Notes: generated by a model from the sequence alone, not told the origin. DNA of 64,000 bases from Patescibacteria group bacterium (GCA_022703645.1 JAKLDG010000001.1:75756-139755), one strand, 5' to 3'. Counted from the stretch's first letter, positions 9,147 to 17,180 are shown. Numbers and translations are program-made.

Positions 9147-10673
9147 ATGTCATTAGCCAAACTTTATTCTGCGACAGTCGTGGGATTGGATGCCGAACCT
9201 ATCGAGGTTGAGGTAGATATTTCTTCTGGAAAAATAATGTTCAATCTCGTGGGGTTGCCGGATAAAGTTGTTGAGGAATCAAAAGAGCGCGTCCGTTCGG
9301 CTGTAAAAAATTCAGACACTACTTTTCCAATGAAGCGCATTACAGTCAATCTTGCTCCGGCCGATATCCGCAAAGAAGGACCGGTTTTTGATCTTGCGAT
9401 TGCAGTTGGGATATTATCCGCGAGCAAACAAGTCGAATTTGATTTTACCAAAACCATCATTCTTGGTGAATTGTCTCTGGATGGAACACTGCGCGCTATT
9501 AAAGGAGTTCTTCCAATTACCGCAATGGCTATCGAGCAAGGATACGAAAAAGTATTTTTGCCTTATGATAATCTCGAAGAAGCGCGGATTTTACCAGGAT
9601 TAGAAATTTACCCTTTGAAAAATCTGAAAGAATTAGTTGATCATTTTAATGGAACAGCATTGGTTATCCCGGTTGTTTCTGGCGGAATATTGGAAAAAGA
9701 AGTTATCGAAGAAAGTAAGTTTGATTTCTCATTCGTGAAAGGTCAGGATCAAGCAAAAAGAGCGCTCGAAATCGTGGCGGCGGGCGGGCACAATATTCTC
9801 ATGAATGGTCCGCCCGGAAGCGGCAAAACACTACTTTCAAGATCACTGCCAACAATTCTACCCGCAATGACGCTGGAAGAAATGCTCGAAGTAACAAAAA
9901 TTCATAGTGTTTCAGGAATATTGCCGGAAGGCGAAGCGCTGGTTCGAACCCGTCCTTTTCGCGCGCCGCATCACACCAGTTCTGCCGTTTCGATAGTTGG
10001 TGGAGGAGCTTTCCCAAAACCAGGCGAAATATCTCTCGCACACCGTGGGATTCTTTTTCTGGACGAATTACCGGAGTTTCCAAGATTTGTCCTGGAAGTC
10101 CTGCGGCAGCCGCTGGAAGACGGTGTGGTGAATGTTTCCAGAGCTAGCGGCGCAGTCTGTTTCCCAGCGAAATTTATCCTTGTAGCTGCGCAAAATCCCT
10201 GTCCTTGCGGGTACTTGACAGATCCAGTAAAGCAATGCACTTGTTCTTCTTCAACCATCGCCAGATATCAGAAGAAGATTTCCGGGCCTCTGCTGGATCG
10301 CATTGATCTGCACATTGAGGTTCCAAGAGTAGAATATTCAAAACTTGCTTCTACTGAATCAGGTGAGGCTTCAGCATCGATCCGAAAACGCGTTGAAGCA
10401 GCGCGTAAAATTCAACAGGAAAGATTCAGGAGCAACAAAAGTAAAATATTTTCCAATAGCGAAATGGGTTCGGACGAGGTAATTAAGTATTGCATTCTTG
10501 ATGAAGGCGCAAAAGCGCTGATCAAAAATGCGGTGAGTCAAATGCATCTTTCTGCGCGCGTTTACCATCGGTTGCTCAAGATTTCCCGAACCATCGCGGA
10601 TCTTGATAGCAGCGATATTATAGAACAAAAACATATTGCAGAAGCATTGCAATATAGAGTGAGAGAGAAATAA
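9147..10673 (+). CDS. comM: YifB/ComM-family Mg-chelatase-like AAA+ ATPase
   Basis: N-terminal Lon-protease-like domain, then an AAA+ core (GPPGSGKT) and the C-terminal ChlI-type domain. Full length, about 508 aa. Confidence 0.85.
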   Translation: MSLAKLYSATVVGLDAEPIEVEVDISSGKIMFNLVGLPDKVVEESKERVRSAVKNSDTTFPMKRITVNLAPADIRKEGPVFDLAIAVGILSASKQVEFDFTKTIILGELSLDGTLRAIKGVLPITAMAIEQGYEKVFLPYDNLEEARILPGLEIYPLKNLKELVDHFNGTALVIPVVSGGILEKEVIEESKFDFSFVKGQDQAKRALEIVAAGGHNILMNGPPGSGKTLLSRSLPTILPAMTLEEMLEVTKIHSVSGILPEGEALVRTRPFRAPHHTSSAVSIVGGGAFPKPGEISLAHRGILFLDELPEFPRFVLEVLRQPLEDGVVNVSRASGAVCFPAKFILVAAQNPCPCGYLTDPVKQCTCSSSTIARYQKKISGPLLDRIDLHIEVPRVEYSKLASTESGEASASIRKRVEAARKIQQERFRSNKSKIFSNSEMGSDEVIKYCILDEGAKALIKNAVSQMHLSARVYHRLLKISRTIADLDSSDIIEQKHIAEALQYRVREK

Positions 10674-10675
10674 AA

Positions 10676-10702
10676 AAAGAGAGGCTTGGCCTCTCTTTTT
10701 TT
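10676..10702. terminator. bidirectional intrinsic terminator
   Basis: AAAAAAGAGAGGC-ttgg-CCTCTCTTTTTTT lies between convergent genes. Confidence 0.8.
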
Positions 10703-11018
10703 ATTTCACGTTCTGCAAGATATTGAAAAGCTTTGTCGCGATGCTTAGTAGAAATCCTGTTTGACGGTCGATGAAGTAGATGATTATAAACATTACGATA
10801 ACCGAGATTATCAGGGTGAGCGAAAGCCTGATATCTTTTTTTATTAACGCAAATTCACTCACTTCTTTATCAGAAATCGTTATAGGTTTCGTAGCTGTTG
10901 TGGCAGCGCTAAATGTTGAAGCGAATCCGGTCGGTGCGCCAACGCCAGATACACCTTGGGTGCCTGATTGAATTTGTGATTTGATGAGTTGTTTGAGAGC
11001 CTTGTTTTTCTTAGACAT
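10701..11018 (-). CDS. small hypothetical membrane protein
   Basis: The first ATG (MSKKNK) is at 11018; the longer ORF begins with TTG. There is one C-terminal transmembrane helix. Confidence 0.45.
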   Translation of the reverse strand: MSKKNKALKQLIKSQIQSGTQGVSGVGAPTGFASTFSAATTATKPITISDKEVSEFALIKKDIRLSLTLIISVIVMFIIIYFIDRQTGFLLSIATKLFNILQNVK

Positions 11019-11202
11019 CGTTGTTTTTTTAATAGTATTCGGTGCGATAAAGATATTGTAGAGCAAAAATGATGGTAAATCAATAAACAAAATTGTTAAA
11101 TGGTTACATTGCTACATTGCTAAGGGGGTGGGTAGGTACTGTTAAAAGTTTAAAGAATAATGTAGTAATTCAACAATGTGGCCATGTTAAGCCATAAAAG
11201 TA

Positions 11203-11231
11203 TTGACAAGAATAGAAAAGTATGCTAATAT
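11203..11231 (+). promoter_or_regulatory. sigma70 consensus-like promoter: TTGACA, 17 nt, TAATAT
   Basis: TTGACAagaatagaaaagtatgcTAATAT. A second TTGACA occurs at 11269. Confidence 0.5.
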
Positions 11232-11417
11232 ATGCATATAGTACAATATTTAAGACATAATGTATATATTGACAAAATATTAAAAATTGGCGATATTACT
11301 GCCTTTCATCTAGGAAAAATTAAAAAGACGGCTTTTAAATAATATTTATACCGTCGCCTATGAAGGGTAGCAATCTCGTCAATTTTTTAAAAAATTATCA
11401 CCTGAGGAGGTGAGAAC

Positions 11418-11519
11418 ATGGAAGCAGTAATTCCTTTCGCGATACCGATATTTGGTGTGTTCGTGTGGCATATGTTTACGTGCAGACCAAAACATCCCGG
11501 GCATGTAATCCGCCCGTAA
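11418..11519 (+). CDS. small ORF 1 (33 aa, hydrophobic N-terminus)
   Basis: GAGGAGGTG lies 6 nt before the ATG. Product: MEAVIPFAIPIFGVFVWHMFTCRPKHPGHVIRP. Confidence 0.4.
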   Translation: MEAVIPFAIPIFGVFVWHMFTCRPKHPGHVIRP

Positions 11520-11544
11520 AAAACAATCGGGAGGTGGTGGAGGT

Positions 11545-11688
11545 ATGTGTCAACAATGTCCAAAAGAGAAACGCGAAGGATGCTCATTTCTGCTTGATGC
11601 GGAAACGAGCAATCTCGCAGCGGGGGGAATTGATTTTTGCCTCGCAGAACACGAGATGAAGAATGTACGGAAACGCGCAGTAGCATGA
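11545..11688 (+). CDS. small ORF 2 (47 aa, CxxC-containing)
   Basis: GGGAGGTGGTGGAGGT lies immediately upstream of the ATG. Product: MCQQCPKEKREGCSFLLDAETSNLAAGGIDFCLAEHEMKNVRKRAVA. Confidence 0.4.
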   Translation: MCQQCPKEKREGCSFLLDAETSNLAAGGIDFCLAEHEMKNVRKRAVA

Positions 11689-11719
11689 AAAAATCAGAAA
11701 TGGAAAGGATGTGGAGGAA

Positions 11720-11806
11720 ATGTCAAATTTGGAAATTGCTGAGGTGGTTGCTGAAGAATTCGACATCACCATTCAAGAGGCATTGAGCATAATTCTTTCG
11801 AAGTAG
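11720..11806 (+). CDS. small ORF 3 (28 aa, acidic helical peptide)
   Basis: AAAGGATGTGGAGGA lies upstream. Product: MSNLEIAEVVAEEFDITIQEALSIILSK. Confidence 0.3.
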   Translation: MSNLEIAEVVAEEFDITIQEALSIILSK

Positions 11807-11831
11807 TTCTGATCACCCGAAAAGGGTTTTA

Positions 11832-11858
11832 AACCGCCTAGTAAAGGCGGTTTTTTAT
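11832..11858 (+). terminator. rho-independent terminator
   Basis: AACCGCC-tagtaaa-GGCGGTT followed by TTTTTATTTT. Confidence 0.8.
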
Positions 11859-11885
11859 TTTACCAAAAAATGATAGAATGAAGTT

Positions 11886-13937
11886 ATGTTTGTAGATATA
11901 GCCGTTAATACAAAAAGCTCAAAGCGTGATGATCTTTTTACCTACTCTATTCCTTCCGAATTAGAGAAAGATATTTTAGTGGGTCAAATGGTGATGATTC
12001 CGTTAGGCTCCAGAAAGGTGAATGGAATTATCATAAAAATTCACGATAAAAAACCTACGTTTAAAACGAAAGATATCGAGAAAATCATCGAACCAATCCC
12101 GATAATTGACGATAAACAAGTTCAATTAGCTTATTTTATCTCAGAGCATTATTGGTGCGGATTTTCTCAAGCGTTGTTTCATATGATACCGGCGAATTTA
12201 CGTAAAAGGAAGACGGCGATTTTTAAGAATTTAGAATCTAAAATAACAAATCTAGGAATGAAAGACAAGATTCTAGCTTCTAGATTCCAGCTTCAATTAA
12301 CTTCCCAACAGCAAAAAGCTCTCAAAAAAATTAACGATGCTTTGAATAGTAAAAAACCCGCAACATTTCTCCTCCACGGTGTTACGAATAGCGGTAAGAC
12401 AGAAGTATATCTACGCGCTTTTGCTCAAGCTTTGGAATCTGGAGGTAGCGGAATTTTTATCGTTCCGGAAATTTCTCTAACCCCGCAAAGCCTGGCAAGA
12501 TTTGAAGAAGTTTTTGGAAAAGACGGTGTTGCGCTAGTGCACAGCCAAATGAGTATTTCCCAAAGGCTAAAAACTTGGATAGAAATAAAAACCGGTAAGA
12601 AAAAAATTGTGGTTGGGTCGCGCAGCGCGGTATTTTCGCCGGTAAAAAACTTAAAAATCATGATTGTCGATGAAGAACATGATCTGATTTCTTTCAAATC
12701 CGATCAAACACCAAGATATGAACTTCACACGGTGGCAGAAAAATTGGCGCAGCTTTCGGGTGCAGTTTTGGTTTTTGGTTCGGGTACGCCACTGGTAACC
12801 AGTTACAAACGCGTGATAGATGGTGAGTGGGAGTATCTTTCAATCTCCGAAAGGGTTGATGGTTCACTTCCACCTCAAATCAAAGTTGTAAATATGGAAG
12901 AGGAAAAGCCAAATGGTGGAGACGGGATATTCAGCGAGTATTTCATCAAGGCTCTTGATATGGTGCTCAAAAATGGCAAACAGGCACTGTTATTCTTAAA
13001 TAGACGCGGAATGGCATCATTTATAATTTGTAATGATTGCAAGAAGATTTCGATGTGCGAGCAGTGCGATTCAGCACTCGTATTTCATTCCATAGATAAT
13101 AAAATGTGGTGCCATCATTGCGGGAGAAAATATCTGCCGCCAACCAGATGCGAAATTTGTGGAGGATTAGATTTTCGATTTCTTGGAAAAGGTACGGAAA
13201 AAATCGAGGAAGAAATCAAAAAGTATTTTCCAGATACCAGAATTGCGCGCATGGATCGCGATACAATGATTGATGATCGAGCTTATGATGAAATTTTTGA
13301 AAAATATAAAAAAGGCGAAATAGATATTCTTGTCGGGACTCAGATGATCGTGCACGGCTGGGATATTCCATCGGTAGATCTGGCGGCTGTTATTTCAATT
13401 GATGAATCACTTCTTATACCCGATTATACTTCAGAGGAAAAGGTTTATGAGCTGGTTACTCAGCTGGCTGGACGTACTGGTAGAAGTAGCGCCAGGGGGC
13501 TTTTAGTTCTGCAGACCGCTACGCCTGATATTTGGATATTTGACACGATCCAGAAAGGCGACTATCTATCTTTTGTTAAAAGGGAACTTCTGACCCGGGA
13601 AAAATTCGGTTATCCGCCATTTGGTCAGCTGATTAAATTGTCAATGTCCGGTTTTGACCGAACTGTGATTGAAAAAAAAGCGATAGAATTATTTGGAAAG
13701 TTGCAGGAAATTAAAAATAAATTAGGAGAAATTAAGGTAGAAATTATCGGGCCGATTAGCCCCTTAGTTGAACGTAAATACGGGAGATACTGGAAAAACA
13801 TAATCATAAAAACAAAAAATCAATCCCCCTTCACTAAAGTTACGGAGGACAGGGAAAACAAAAAATTAATTGAGGGATTATTGAACATGGTACCGAAAGA
13901 ATGGGTTATTGATGTAGATCCGATATCATTATTATAG
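11886..13937 (+). CDS. priA: primosomal protein N' (replication restart helicase PriA)
   Basis: N-terminal 3'-DNA-binding domain, Walker A GVTNSGKT, a DEEH box (IVDEEHD), Cys4/Cys4 zinc fingers (CNDCKK...CEQC...CHHCG...CEICG) and a helicase C-terminal domain. TGATAGAAT lies 6 nt before the ATG. Confidence 0.9.
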   Translation: MFVDIAVNTKSSKRDDLFTYSIPSELEKDILVGQMVMIPLGSRKVNGIIIKIHDKKPTFKTKDIEKIIEPIPIIDDKQVQLAYFISEHYWCGFSQALFHMIPANLRKRKTAIFKNLESKITNLGMKDKILASRFQLQLTSQQQKALKKINDALNSKKPATFLLHGVTNSGKTEVYLRAFAQALESGGSGIFIVPEISLTPQSLARFEEVFGKDGVALVHSQMSISQRLKTWIEIKTGKKKIVVGSRSAVFSPVKNLKIMIVDEEHDLISFKSDQTPRYELHTVAEKLAQLSGAVLVFGSGTPLVTSYKRVIDGEWEYLSISERVDGSLPPQIKVVNMEEEKPNGGDGIFSEYFIKALDMVLKNGKQALLFLNRRGMASFIICNDCKKISMCEQCDSALVFHSIDNKMWCHHCGRKYLPPTRCEICGGLDFRFLGKGTEKIEEEIKKYFPDTRIARMDRDTMIDDRAYDEIFEKYKKGEIDILVGTQMIVHGWDIPSVDLAAVISIDESLLIPDYTSEEKVYELVTQLAGRTGRSSARGLLVLQTATPDIWIFDTIQKGDYLSFVKRELLTREKFGYPPFGQLIKLSMSGFDRTVIEKKAIELFGKLQEIKNKLGEIKVEIIGPISPLVERKYGRYWKNIIIKTKNQSPFTKVTEDRENKKLIEGLLNMVPKEWVIDVDPISLL

Positions 13938-13963
13938 GGGCAGGTTTGAAACCTGCGCCCCTA
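13936..13963. repeat. GC-rich hairpin repeat GGGGCAGGTTTGAAACCTGCGCCCC, overlapping the priA stop codon
   Basis: The same hairpin sequence recurs at 42291..42319 inside a coding region. Confidence 0.7.
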
Positions 13964-13967
13964 CCTA

Positions 13968-13995
13968 TTGACTCGATTTTTAATTAATATATAAT
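13968..13995 (+). promoter_or_regulatory. sigma70-like promoter: TTGACT, 16 nt, TATAAT
   Basis: TTGACTcgatttttaattaataTATAAT sits directly upstream of the ORF-free GC-rich region. Confidence 0.5.
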
Positions 13996-14002
13996 CTAAT
14001 TA

Positions 14003-14494
14003 CATCGGCCGAATTCAAGATGCTCAGAAGTTGTCGTTCGTTTATGAGGCCCCCAGCTTACATAGAAAAAAGAACGATTCGAAACTTATCAAGAAGAGCA
14101 ATAAGGCCGAACACTACGTCGTTATTTTCAAGGCTTAAAAGAGTTTTGAAATGCATTAATTAAAGTTTTGACATGAAAAATCAATCATTTCTGGGGGCCC
14201 AAGAAAATTGGCTGAAGGGCATTCCTTAAAAAAGAGTACCTTTCGGCTGATAGGTTTATCCTCTTTTTAGAGGAGCGGGTTTTTAGGGGATGGACTGCCG
14301 ATCACAGTATTGCACGATCGAATGTACGCATAAAATAGTTTAGCGTCAGATGACGGCAGGAAAGATTTTTTATCCGTAGTACGGTCGCCAAAGAGCTGCT
14401 TGAGCGTAGGGCTCGCGACCACGTTTTACAAGGGGCCGAATGCCCCCCAAACTCTGTGCGCCGAGGATTCCTCGGCGCACTTTCATTTACTTTT
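14003..14494 (+). ncRNA. candidate structured ncRNA of unknown class, about 490 nt
   Basis: No ORF of 60 aa or more on either strand across 13938..14576, in an otherwise gene-dense window. GC is elevated. It has its own promoter and an intrinsic terminator. Long-range complementarity: GAGGCCCCCAG at 14046 pairs with CTGGGGGCC at 14191, and CTGCCG at 14295 pairs with CGGCAG at 14356, plus several local hairpins. No RNase P, tmRNA or SRP signature motifs were found. Confidence 0.35.
14456..14494 (+). terminator. rho-independent terminator
   Basis: GTGCGCCGAGG-att-CCTCGGCGCAC followed by TTTCATTTACTTTT. Confidence 0.8.
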
Positions 14495-14576
14495 CCCGGC
14501 CTTTTATGTTATAATATCAGGGAATAATTAAACAATAAAGCAAGAAATCAAAAAAAACAATAAATCAATATATTTC

Positions 14577-15035
14577 ATGAATAAATATAAATTAGTTGAA
14601 ACGAAAGATATAAAAAAGATCCCGAAGATTTTGCGAGAAAAATCAAAAGAAATTACCGAGATTACCCCGGAGCTATTAGATTTAGCCAAACAAATGAAAA
14701 AAATAATGAAAGAAAATAAAGGAGTAGGTATATCGGCAATTCAGGTTGGAGTGCCAGTACGTATGTTGGTAGTGAAAAATTGCGGTCAGGATATGATTTT
14801 TATTAATCCCGATATAATCCGTATGAGCAGACATGAAGTAGTTTACTCCGAAGGCTGTCTCAGTTTTCCGGAAGTTTTTCGCGAAATTAGCAGGCCTGAG
14901 AAAATTAAAGTTAAAGCAAAAAATGAAAATTTTGAAGATTTAGAGATCGAAGCGGAAGGATTGGTAGCGAGAACACTAGAACACGAAATTGATCACTTGA
15001 ATGGGATAGTGTTTTTGGATAGGGTAGGTGATTAG
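14577..15035 (+). CDS. def: peptide deformylase
   Basis: GVGISAIQVG, EGCLSFP and HEIDHLNG motifs. An extended -10 box TGTTATAAT lies at about 14503. Confidence 0.9.
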   Translation: MNKYKLVETKDIKKIPKILREKSKEITEITPELLDLAKQMKKIMKENKGVGISAIQVGVPVRMLVVKNCGQDMIFINPDIIRMSRHEVVYSEGCLSFPEVFREISRPEKIKVKAKNENFEDLEIEAEGLVARTLEHEIDHLNGIVFLDRVGD

Positions 15036-15086
15036 TAGATAGTAGATGGTAGTTAGGTTTTCTAGCTGCTAACTACTAACTACTAA
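15034..15086. repeat. imperfect palindrome between def and fmt: TAGTAGATAGTAGATGGTAGTTAGG ... CTAACTACTAACTACTA
   Basis: Seen directly. It could be an intercistronic stem-loop. Confidence 0.5.
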
Positions 15087-15094
15087 AACTTAGA

Positions 15095-16060
15095 ATGATC
15101 AATAAAAAAGAAATTAAACTTGTTTTCATGGGTACACCCGAATTTTCCGCTAAGATTTTAGATGGCCTTCTGAACGATGGCTATGATATTATCGGTGTTA
15201 TTACTGAACCGGATAAGCCAACAGGAAGAAAAATGGAGGTTTTGCCTACTCCGGTAAAAAAATTCGCGCTCGAAAAAGGGTTAAAATTATTTCAGCCATC
15301 TACTAAAGCCGAAGTTCAACTTACAACTTACAACTTACAACCTGATATAGTTGTGGTGGCCGCATATGGTAAAATCATAACAGCTGAAACTTTGGAAATC
15401 CCTAAATACGGTTGTGTGAATTTTCACGCGTCGCTTTTGCCAGCCCTTCGCGGTCCTTCGCCAGTTCAATCCGCTATACTTGAAGGACTAGATAAAACCG
15501 GTGTTACGATAATGATAATGGATGAAAATATGGATACAGGGCCAATGTTATCTCAGGTTGAAATCACACTTGATTCTAATGAAACCGCAACTACTTTACG
15601 GGCAAAAATGTTAGAGAAGGGATTGCCCTTGCTTCTTAAAACACTCAAAGAATATATCGCAGGGGAAATTAAACCCAAAAAACAAGAAAACAAAAAAGCG
15701 ACTTATTGTAAAATGATAAATAAGGAAGATGGTAGGGTTGATTTTAGCAGTAGTGCGGAGATTGAAGAAAGAAAAACCCGCGCTTTCAATGAATGGCCTG
15801 GGGTATACGCTTTTTTCGGTGAAAAAAGGATTAAGTTCTTGGAAGTTGGGTTGAGCGGTGGAAACACTTCTGCCACAAATGACCAATTTTCAAATTACAA
15901 AAATGGAGAGGTTTTTTTGGATGTGAACGGTGATGTGTGTGTTTCATTTGCGCAAGGATATTGGGTGATTAATCGACTTCAGCTCGAAGGGAAAAAAGAA
16001 ACGACCGCTCATGAATTTCTGAACGGTCATAAAAGCATCATTGGTTCAATACTTAGATAA
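15095..16060 (+). CDS. fmt: methionyl-tRNA formyltransferase
   Basis: N-terminal formyltransferase domain (KLVFMGTPEFSAKIL, HASLLP) and a C-terminal domain. A tandem CAACTTA x3 repeat is encoded in-frame as QLTTYNLQ. Confidence 0.9.
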   Translation: MINKKEIKLVFMGTPEFSAKILDGLLNDGYDIIGVITEPDKPTGRKMEVLPTPVKKFALEKGLKLFQPSTKAEVQLTTYNLQPDIVVVAAYGKIITAETLEIPKYGCVNFHASLLPALRGPSPVQSAILEGLDKTGVTIMIMDENMDTGPMLSQVEITLDSNETATTLRAKMLEKGLPLLLKTLKEYIAGEIKPKKQENKKATYCKMINKEDGRVDFSSSAEIEERKTRAFNEWPGVYAFFGEKRIKFLEVGLSGGNTSATNDQFSNYKNGEVFLDVNGDVCVSFAQGYWVINRLQLEGKKETTAHEFLNGHKSIIGSILR

Positions 16061-16205
16061 AAAATATTATAAAAATATTAATCCAAAGCATCTTCAATAT
16101 TTCTTAAATATTTTTTTCATATTTGGTAATATTTCCTGAGTGCGACAAATTTGAAATATGACAAAATATTATTTTAGAAAAAACTTTTAAATGTTGTCTA
16201 CCGTT

Positions 16206-17180
16206 CTAATTCATTACCTCAAATATCTCATTTCTTCTCACAAAACTTTTTAAGAAATTCAACATAGAAATAGTTTTTATTTGGCTGGTGTTCTCATCTA
16301 TTGCTTTTAATTTCCTGTCTTGTTGGACGTTCGTAAGGTCAAAGCTATACCATCCTTCTTTAGAAAAAAGTCTATTTGGCGGATACATAAAAGAGTTTTG
16401 CAGTAATTTTTTTTGTGCGGGATAGAGCGAATAATGAACGAGATAAGAATATACTTTTGGATTGTTCTCTTGACCGATCAAAGATTTTACCAGAAATTGA
16501 TAACTTGCAGAATGATCCGGATGTCGGTCACGTAGGTGGGAAACGAAAATAATGTTTGGTTCAAAGTTCTTAATAATTTCTTTCAGATCATTTACGACAT
16601 TGATTCCGAGGTGCTGTTGTTTTGGTATGTATGTACCTGTGTACGGACTATAATTAAACCTTGTTGCTTTTGATGTATATGCTGCTCTATAGTATGTCGT
16701 TAACATTGGATTAAGCCCTCCATCAGGGAATCCAAGATAAATCAGATTGTCATCTGTCAGTCCAAGGTCATTTGTAGCCTTTTTCCCCTCTGCCATTCTT
16801 TGTTCGCCCAGAGCAACAAATTCATTTGGGTCAAGATTGAGATTCCTTTTTTCACTAATAATTGCTCCGACAGCGTCGTCACCATTGGTCATATAAACCA
16901 CTTTAACTGCCGCACCTTTGCTAACCGCTTCCTGAATCACTCCTCCGGTAGCAATAATCTCATCATCAATATGCGGAGAGATGATTAATATTTTATCATT
17001 CGAAGTAATATCGGGAAGATCGGAAAGAGAACCTTTATTTAGCAGATAACCACCAAGCATTCCCAGCCCGAAAAACCAGAAAGCATAAAGAATCGCTACG
17101 AAAACCAAAAACTTTCTGTAACGATGAGCTAACTTTAAAGACCCTTTCAAAAAAGCTTTGAAATGATTAAACGGTGTCAT
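16206..17180 (-). CDS. PIG-L/LmbE-family N-acetylglucosaminyl deacetylase with an N-terminal membrane anchor
   Basis: ISPHIDDEIIATGG and HPDH motifs characteristic of LmbE-like deacetylases. There is an N-terminal transmembrane helix. Confidence 0.7.
   Translation of the reverse strand: MTPFNHFKAFLKGSLKLAHRYRKFLVFVAILYAFWFFGLGMLGGYLLNKGSLSDLPDITSNDKILIISPHIDDEIIATGGVIQEAVSKGAAVKVVYMTNGDDAVGAIISEKRNLNLDPNEFVALGEQRMAEGKKATNDLGLTDDNLIYLGFPDGGLNPMLTTYYRAAYTSKATRFNYSPYTGTYIPKQQHLGINVVNDLKEIIKNFEPNIIFVSHLRDRHPDHSASYQFLVKSLIGQENNPKVYSYLVHYSLYPAQKKLLQNSFMYPPNRLFSKEGWYSFDLTNVQQDRKLKAIDENTSQIKTISMLNFLKSFVRRNEIFEVMN

Noticed and set aside
11387-11772. ORFs 11387..11686 (-), 11465..11659 (+) and 11584..11772 (-) in the small-ORF region
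   Set aside because: They have no ribosome-binding sites or promoter context. The three short plus-strand ORFs with strong Shine-Dalgarno sites account for the region better.
14020-14163. 47-aa basic ORF (MLRSCRSFMRPPAYIEKRTIRNLSRRAIRPNTTSL...) inside the ncRNA candidate
   Set aside because: There is no ribosome-binding site and no leaderless -10 context. Arg-rich translations are expected by chance in GC-rich structured RNA.
13966-14494. RNase P RNA, tmRNA, SRP RNA or 6S RNA identity for the GC-rich ORF-free region
   Set aside because: I searched by eye for GGAAAGUCCGG / ACAGAAnCCGGCUUA (RNase P), a GGGG...GACGGG 5' end, T-arm/CCA 3' end and Ala-rich tag frame (tmRNA), and the GGUGCUGUUU/GGAAG domain IV (SRP). 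None was found. It is kept as an unknown ncRNA candidate only.
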